Below are positions 58,798 through 64,000 of a stretch of 64,000 nt of DNA, piece by piece. Numbering within the stretch: position 1 is the first letter of the stretch; each line of letters starts with the position of its first letter. Position numbers and translations under genes: made by a program. The notes under the pieces were generated by a model that was given only the letters and a program-made list of their open reading frames with translations, had not been told where the DNA came from and did no database searches. This DNA comes from an uncultured archaeon (GTDB lineage Archaea > Thermoproteota > Nitrososphaeria > Nitrososphaerales > Gagatemarchaeaceae), in the NCBI GenBank assembly GCA_963799775.1, contig CAWCYD010000003.1, positions 1,728,001 through 1,792,000 of the forward strand, read 5' to 3'.

Positions 58798-60661
58798 TTG
58801 TGGAGATTGACTCGGCCGGGAAATTCCCCACCACCATGTCTTCTCTCAGCCATGGAGGCATCAGGTCGACCACGTTCTGCGCGGCGAAGCGGGAGTCCAA
58901 GAAGAAGACCATGCCGACCTTGCCTGGGTCTCTGACATGCCGACCGGCGCACTGGAACGCCTTGCGCAGCGCGGGCAACAGAGACAGCACCAGGTAGGCC
59001 TCGTGTTTGTCGTAGCGGTCTCTCTCCATCTGTTTGTACTCCGCGAACATCGTGGGTGAGGGAGGAGGGAAGGGTAGACCCACCACCACAGACGCGTCCA
59101 TCTGGTCGCCGGGGAAGTCTTCCCCCTCGGAGAACCTGCCGCCTTGGACGGCAAAGAGGACCTGGCCTGAGTTCGACTTGAAGGCCCTCATCATCTCCTC
59201 GGACTCGGAGTTCGAGAGACCCGGTCTCTCGACCAAGACGATCCTTGAGGATTGGTTTCCTCCGGGCCTTTCGAGTGTCTGGCGTAACGGGCCCGCCACG
59301 GCTCCCAGCACGGCGTAGGACGGCAGGAAGACGCCCACCCCGCCCGCGGTGCAGGAGCAGATAGCTGCCACCTTCTTCGCGATCTCTGAGTACATCTGGC
59401 TCGAGCGCATCTTGAACCGGGTGGTGACGCTGGTGTCTACGACGGTCCTTATCCTGAACTTGTAGGCCGTGGACACCGTGTGGACCGAGGTCGAGTTCTG
59501 GTCTAGGCCGATTGAGCGCAAGAAGAGGGCCGAGGGGTTAATCGTAGCGGAGAGCAGTATGATGCTCCTGAAACCTGCGATGGCTCTGAGGAACCTGAGC
59601 GACGGGTTTGTGTCAATCAGGAAGAGGGCCGAGTCGGACTTCGCTAGCGCCACATCGAGGTCCACCGAGGCGAGCAGGGCGCTCAGGAAAGCGCCCACCT
59701 TGATTATGGAGACGGGAAGGTTCCGCATGGTGGCCACCGAGTACCATGCGACGCCCGAGTTCGTCGTCAGCTGGAAGACGAGGTCCGAGAGCCAGTCCTT
59801 CGGATGGTCGCCTGTTATCGCGTTGATGAATGCGGGCTTGTCTACGAACCAGCTCTCTGTCTGAGAGCAGAAACGTGAGGCCTTGTCGCAGATCTCTGCG
59901 AGCGCGGAAGAGATGTCGGCAAGGTAGAGGTTCTTCGAGTCGTCGACGCAGGCGCGGATGTCCGAGAATGCCAGCTCTGTCGTCGAGTCGCCGGAGAGGA
60001 AGTCTCTCACGTTGTGGGCCTCGTCTATCACGCCTACCATCTTCCCGAGAGGTTCGTCGTTGGAGATGAGGATGGACCTAGAGCTCTGGTCGAGCAGGTA
60101 GTGATAGGTCGTGACGATGATGTCAGAGCGGGCCACCGACATCCGCGCCACCTCGTAGGGGCAGATGTGGAGCTCGTTGCCGCGAAGGAGGAGCTCCGTC
60201 ATCGGGCCTGGCGTCTTGGTGTGATGGTCCACGAGCTTCTCGATCTTGTCACGGTTGAAGGGGACGTTGAGGAAGTAGCTGCAGAGGTTGTTTGAGGTCT
60301 GGAAACTGCAGTACCACTTGAACGTCTCCGGCGCGACTCCGAAGGCCTTCTGCCTGAGCAGGCAGTAGTCGAACTTTGAGAAGAGGCTCGTGGCCCGCAA
60401 CGGATGGCGTCCGGAGAAGCGCTGCAGCTCCTCCAGGACCCGGAAGACCTGTCTCTTTGTACGGCACACGTAAATCACCCGGAGCCCGTCGTCTGTCGCT
60501 GCGGATATCACACCGGCTAGGACGGCCGCCGTCTTACCGAACCCGCTCATCGCCTCCGCGACGAGCTTCTCGCCCCTCTTGCAGGAGACGTAGACCGACT
60601 GGGAGAGTTCCTTCTGTCCCTGCCTGAAGGAAGGATAGGGGAAGATTTCCTCGGGGAGCAC
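58760..60661 (-). CDS. xpd: XPD/Rad3-like Fe-S DNA helicase
   Basis: FPY..FRQGQ, AMSGFGKT, Cys cluster, CPYE, IDEAHN, LSAT, GRFSEGEDF, QCAGR. Confidence 0.9.
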   Translation of the reverse strand: MLPEEIFPYPSFRQGQKELSQSVYVSCKRGEKLVAEAMSGFGKTAAVLAGVISAATDDGLRVIYVCRTKRQVFRVLEELQRFSGRHPLRATSLFSKFDYCLLRQKAFGVAPETFKWYCSFQTSNNLCSYFLNVPFNRDKIEKLVDHHTKTPGPMTELLLRGNELHICPYEVARMSVARSDIIVTTYHYLLDQSSRSILISNDEPLGKMVGVIDEAHNVRDFLSGDSTTELAFSDIRACVDDSKNLYLADISSALAEICDKASRFCSQTESWFVDKPAFINAITGDHPKDWLSDLVFQLTTNSGVAWYSVATMRNLPVSIIKVGAFLSALLASVDLDVALAKSDSALFLIDTNPSLRFLRAIAGFRSIILLSATINPSALFLRSIGLDQNSTSVHTVSTAYKFRIRTVVDTSVTTRFKMRSSQMYSEIAKKVAAICSCTAGGVGVFLPSYAVLGAVAGPLRQTLERPGGNQSSRIVLVERPGLSNSESEEMMRAFKSNSGQVLFAVQGGRFSEGEDFPGDQMDASVVVGLPFPPPSPTMFAEYKQMERDRYDKHEAYLVLSLLPALRKAFQCAGRHVRDPGKVGMVFFLDSRFAAQNVVDLMPPWLREDMVVGNFPAESISTITRDFFSAAGRR

Positions 60662-60703
60662 CCAGGCTCATGGTGATTCCCTATTTCAGGGCAGATGTAT
60701 TTT

Positions 60704-62005
60704 CTAGACGGAGATGCGGGACATGAAGTCTTCTTTGCCGAAGATGGCCTCGACGGCGCTCGTGACCTTGCCCCTGTTCGTGACGGAGGTATAGACCCTC
60801 AGTATGTCCATGAACCCCGTGATGGACCCCACCAGTGGGAGTTCGCTTATCGGCACTGTCTCAGACCTCCTCTTGGACTCGCCGGCGTCGTGCGAGAAGA
60901 GGGTGATGGAGTTGAACGTCTGCCGTTCGGATGTGTATGGGACCGACGGCGTGTTGGGCACGTCTATGTAGATGTCCGAGGGCTCGACTGCGGCCCTCTG
61001 GGCGATGTCCGAGGCGAGCTCGTCCCTGAACCTCTTCTGGCTAAATATCCCTTGGATGGTCCTGTCTTTCCTTTGCACGACCTTCTCGAAGACGCACTTG
61101 ACGAGCTTCCTCTCCACGTAGTTTGTCGCTAGCTTTCGTGCGGCCTTCAGGTCTGCGTTCCGCGGTTCGAGGTCTACCACCTGTTGCAGGACCACCTCGT
61201 CTGTGAGCCTCAGTAGCCTCTCGATTTTCGTGAGGTCGGTCAGGTGCAGCTCGTCGTCGGCGAGTAGCATGGAATGGGCGAGCATCAGCTCCGCCGCTCT
61301 CACCGTCCGGTGGAAGTACACGGCCTTGAACATCTCGTATCGGGCGATGAGGAGCGCCTCGAACGCGTAGAGCGCCGCTCTCTCTAGTATGAGGTGGCGG
61401 TCTGAGCTTAGGTCTAACGAGTCGATGACGCGTTGGATGTCCACCTTGCCGTACTCCACCCCCGTGAAGTATGTGTCTCTCAGGAGGTAGTCCATCATGT
61501 CCGCGCTCAGCCCTCCTGCGATGACCTCGTTCATGAAGGGTGGTCCTTTGGACTTGCCGACGCAGAGCTTCGATATCTTGGAGGGAGGGCGTCCGTTCCG
61601 CTTCAGGATGTCCCCGACCACTGATTCCGAGACTATCCTTTGGGACAGGTCCCTCGTGGGTGAGGTCGGTCTTCTCGGTCAGGACCTCCTCGAAGAGGTG
61701 GGAGAAAGGGCCGTGGCCCACGTCGTGCAAGAGCGCTGCTATTCTCAGGTCCTGGATGTCGTCTTCTTGTAGGCCCACCTTGTCGGCGATCGACTGGGCA
61801 ACCAGGCCTGCCACGTGCATCGTCCCGATGACGTGCTCGAACCTGCTGTGCACGCCGCCGGGATAGACTAGGTAGGCGCCTGCTAGTTGGTGGATCCGCC
61901 GAAGCCGTTGGACGAAAATCGAGTCTATGAGCTCGCGTTCTTCCTGTGTGATCTTGATGTATCCGTGGATGGGTCCCTGATTTCGGCGACGTATCTCAGC
62001 GTCAT
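60704..62005 (-). CDS. HD-domain phosphohydrolase (dNTPase-like; frameshifted)
   Basis: IRDPIHGYI, QRLRRIHQL, HSRFEH, LLHDVGHGPFSH, DYLLRD, VYFH. Confidence 0.92.
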
Positions 62006-62622
62006 AGAGAGAGACTCCTGTCCCTGCGGAGGGCTTCGTCCACCGTCTTCAGCACGGCTGCTTGGATTTGGGGGACCGGGGCGTTCGCGTCGAGGAGCTT
62101 CCATCCCCTTTTCGTGGCGAGGCCCCTGTACGCGCCCTGGGCCTTTGATTGGAGGGCCGAGCTCTTTTCGTAGGAGTCCTTCCTGGTCCCGGGCCTCCGC
62201 GAGTGCAATGCGTGGGGAGATGCGTCGAGCACTATGACCAGGTCTGACTTTGGCATACCCCTCTCCAGGTTATCAAGCCAGTCGATGCTCAAACCATTGG
62301 CGCTGCCATACGCAAGGTTAGACTCGGTATATCTGTTGATGATTATCACCGCGCCCTGTCGGAGGAGCGACTGGATCGCCTCCAGTTTCTCCCATCTGTT
62401 CGCGGCGAAGAGTATGTGCTGGACCTGGGGAGGGTAGGCCCTGGCGCCGGAGAGGAAGGATCTGATTTCCTTCCCTATCGGCGTGTCGTAGTCGGGGAAG
62501 GACATGCGGAACGTCTTCAGGCCACTCTTGCCCAGCGACTTGGCGAGCAACAGGCTCTGTGTGTTCTTCCCCGCCGCGTCGATGCCTTCTATCGTCACGA
62601 TGTATCCGTGGGGGACTTTCAA
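62002..62622 (-). CDS. tmk: Thymidylate kinase
   Basis: IEGIDAAGKNTQ, FPDY, LFAANRWE, NRYTES. Confidence 0.94.
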   Translation of the reverse strand: MKVPHGYIVTIEGIDAAGKNTQSLLLAKSLGKSGLKTFRMSFPDYDTPIGKEIRSFLSGARAYPPQVQHILFAANRWEKLEAIQSLLRQGAVIIINRYTESNLAYGSANGLSIDWLDNLERGMPKSDLVIVLDASPHALHSRRPGTRKDSYEKSSALQSKAQGAYRGLATKRGWKLLDANAPVPQIQAAVLKTVDEALRRDRSLSL

Positions 62623-62638
62623 GCTCTCTCAACAGGCC

Positions 62639-64000
62639 TCAGAGAAACAGCGCCAAGATGCAGATTACGAGGGTAGACGTCAACGCCGCGGCGGCGTACC
62701 TCCTCGCGAAGCGGAGCGATTCGTGGGTGAGTGCTGCGAAGTCGTTCAAGGATTTGTCGCCAATCAATGGTAATGTGGTGTTCGATGTGACCGTGCTTAT
62801 GCTCCCGTGCGACAGTCTGCCCTCGGCCATCTTCTCCAGCTTCTTGATTGTGGCTGCGAGCACCCTTCGATCGCTGTCCTCACCGAGGGCGTGATAGCCG
62901 CGGCTCGTGAGGGACCTTGCAGCGGAGTTGTGAGTGTCCGAGGTGCACAGCTCGATTAGCACGACGCCCTCTTTCTCTAGCTCGTCGGCGACCAGCTGCC
63001 TCAACCCTATCACGGCGTTGTTCGAGTCGGAGGTTATCAATGCGTAGGTCGATCTGTGCTTCCTGAAGACCAGCGCGGCGACCCCCCCGTCGCTGATGTC
63101 AGAGCCGTGGTCGAACCTCAGCTCTGAAGAGTGTGCCACGCCTAGGTCGAACTCCTCCTCCGGACTCTGCGAGTTGTCCTGGAAGACCTTTCTCCAGTCG
63201 ACCTGCGGCTGCTCGCAATCCTTGCCGCCGATCGAGTTGTGCGCGTCTACGAGCATGAGCTCGATGTCCATCTCCTTTGCGGCAGAGATAGCTTGGTCTA
63301 TCACTCCGGGAGGAAGGTCGTCGGTGTTGTAAGGAGCGCTGGACAGGAAGGCCACTATGTGGTTGCCGAACCCCAACGTCGTTATCGTCGTCGGGCCTGC
63401 CTCGACTCTGATTGGGCCTCGCATCGTCTGGACGGGATGGTCGGCCCCTTGCGACCCCACGGCGTTGGCGATGGTGGCTGCATATTGCCTCGCCAGCTCG
63501 TTGGTTGGGAGGTTCCTCTCGTGGCCCCCGACGCCGTGGAGGACCATCGGCGTCATGCCGCTCCTGCGGAGCTCGTGAAATATGAGCTCTGAGATGTTGT
63601 AGCTGCCGACGGGGAAGAAGGGGCCTGGGTGGACGCCTGGAAGGACGAGGGCTGCCTGGTTTGCTGCGGACGCAAGTACGACCCTTGTGACGACGGGTTC
63701 GCCTTGCGAGTACATGGTGAAGTAGTTCTCTAAGCTCGATGCCTTGTGGGAGACCCAGGTCTTCAGGAAGGATTGAAGTATCTCCAGAGAGTTGATGCGG
63801 GCGCTCTCTGTCCTGAACGTCTTGAACTTGACCAAAAAGGTCGCAGTGATTGATAGGACAACTAGGCCGAGTATGGTCGAGTAGATTACTGCGGTATTGG
63901 CCTTGAGAAGGAACACCGATGCCAGCAGGAGCGTGCTCAGCGGTTGAACCGCGGCTATGCAGACGCTCTTTGTCGTGCTGTAAATGAAGCCCCCGTTGAT
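62639..64000 (-). CDS. DUF2070 membrane protein (5' end outside the window)
   Basis: PGVHPGPF, HGVGGHE, VDAHN, DSNN, CTSDTH. Confidence 0.8.
   Translation of the reverse strand: MNGGFIYSTTKSVCIAAVQPLSTLLLASVFLLKANTAVIYSTILGLVVLSITATFLVKFKTFRTESARINSLEILQSFLKTWVSHKASSLENYFTMYSQGEPVVTRVVLASAANQAALVLPGVHPGPFFPVGSYNISELIFHELRRSGMTPMVLHGVGGHERNLPTNELARQYAATIANAVGSQGADHPVQTMRGPIRVEAGPTTITTLGFGNHIVAFLSSAPYNTDDLPPGVIDQAISAAKEMDIELMLVDAHNSIGGKDCEQPQVDWRKVFQDNSQSPEEEFDLGVAHSSELRFDHGSDISDGGVAALVFRKHRSTYALITSDSNNAVIGLRQLVADELEKEGVVLIELCTSDTHNSAARSLTSRGYHALGEDSDRRVLAATIKKLEKMAEGRLSHGSISTVTSNTTLPLIGDKSLNDFAALTHESLRFARRYAAAALTSTLVICILALFL

Noticed and set aside
6979-62005. Widespread pseudogenisation or programmed frameshifting (pncB, nadE, nob1, eIF5A, csl4, aglB, gcvT, HD protein and others)
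   Set aside because: Single-base indels scattered across essential genes, often at homopolymers, are better explained by long-read consensus errors.
1-64000. Canonical CRISPR array, cas operon or casposon
   Set aside because: No regularly spaced 25-40 bp repeat/spacer array, no cas2/cas3/cas4, no PolB and no long TIRs were seen by eye. They could still exist outside the window.

Overview
Archaeal chromosomal window, most consistent with a GC-rich Nitrososphaerota/TACK lineage (inferred from gene content and order). GC-rich housekeeping blocks (pncB-nadE; nob1, eIF5A, dph6, srp54, pus10, rpl21e, rpoF, ksgA; rpl10e-dph2-csl4-rpoL-tfs-GINS-priS-PCNA; rpl44e-rps27e-eIF2a-nop10; aglB, gcvHT, cofE, topA, XPD, tmk) alternate with lower-GC accessory islands rich in secreted or membrane proteins. 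Many essential genes carry single-base frameshifts, which points to long-read indel errors. The main result is two copies of a roughly 850-920 aa protein in which a complete Cas1 domain with intact E/H/D catalytic motifs is fused behind a degenerate Hel308/Ski2-like region, a winged helix and Cys-rich modules. No CRISPR array, cas2 or PolB is present in the window. Each copy is divergently paired with the same small PD-(D/E)XK-like gene and a variable endonuclease. Nearby are whole-gene cassettes bounded by short direct repeats, a shared promoter element and a repeated pair of unannotated micro-ORFs. All calls come from reading motifs by eye; no database searches were run.
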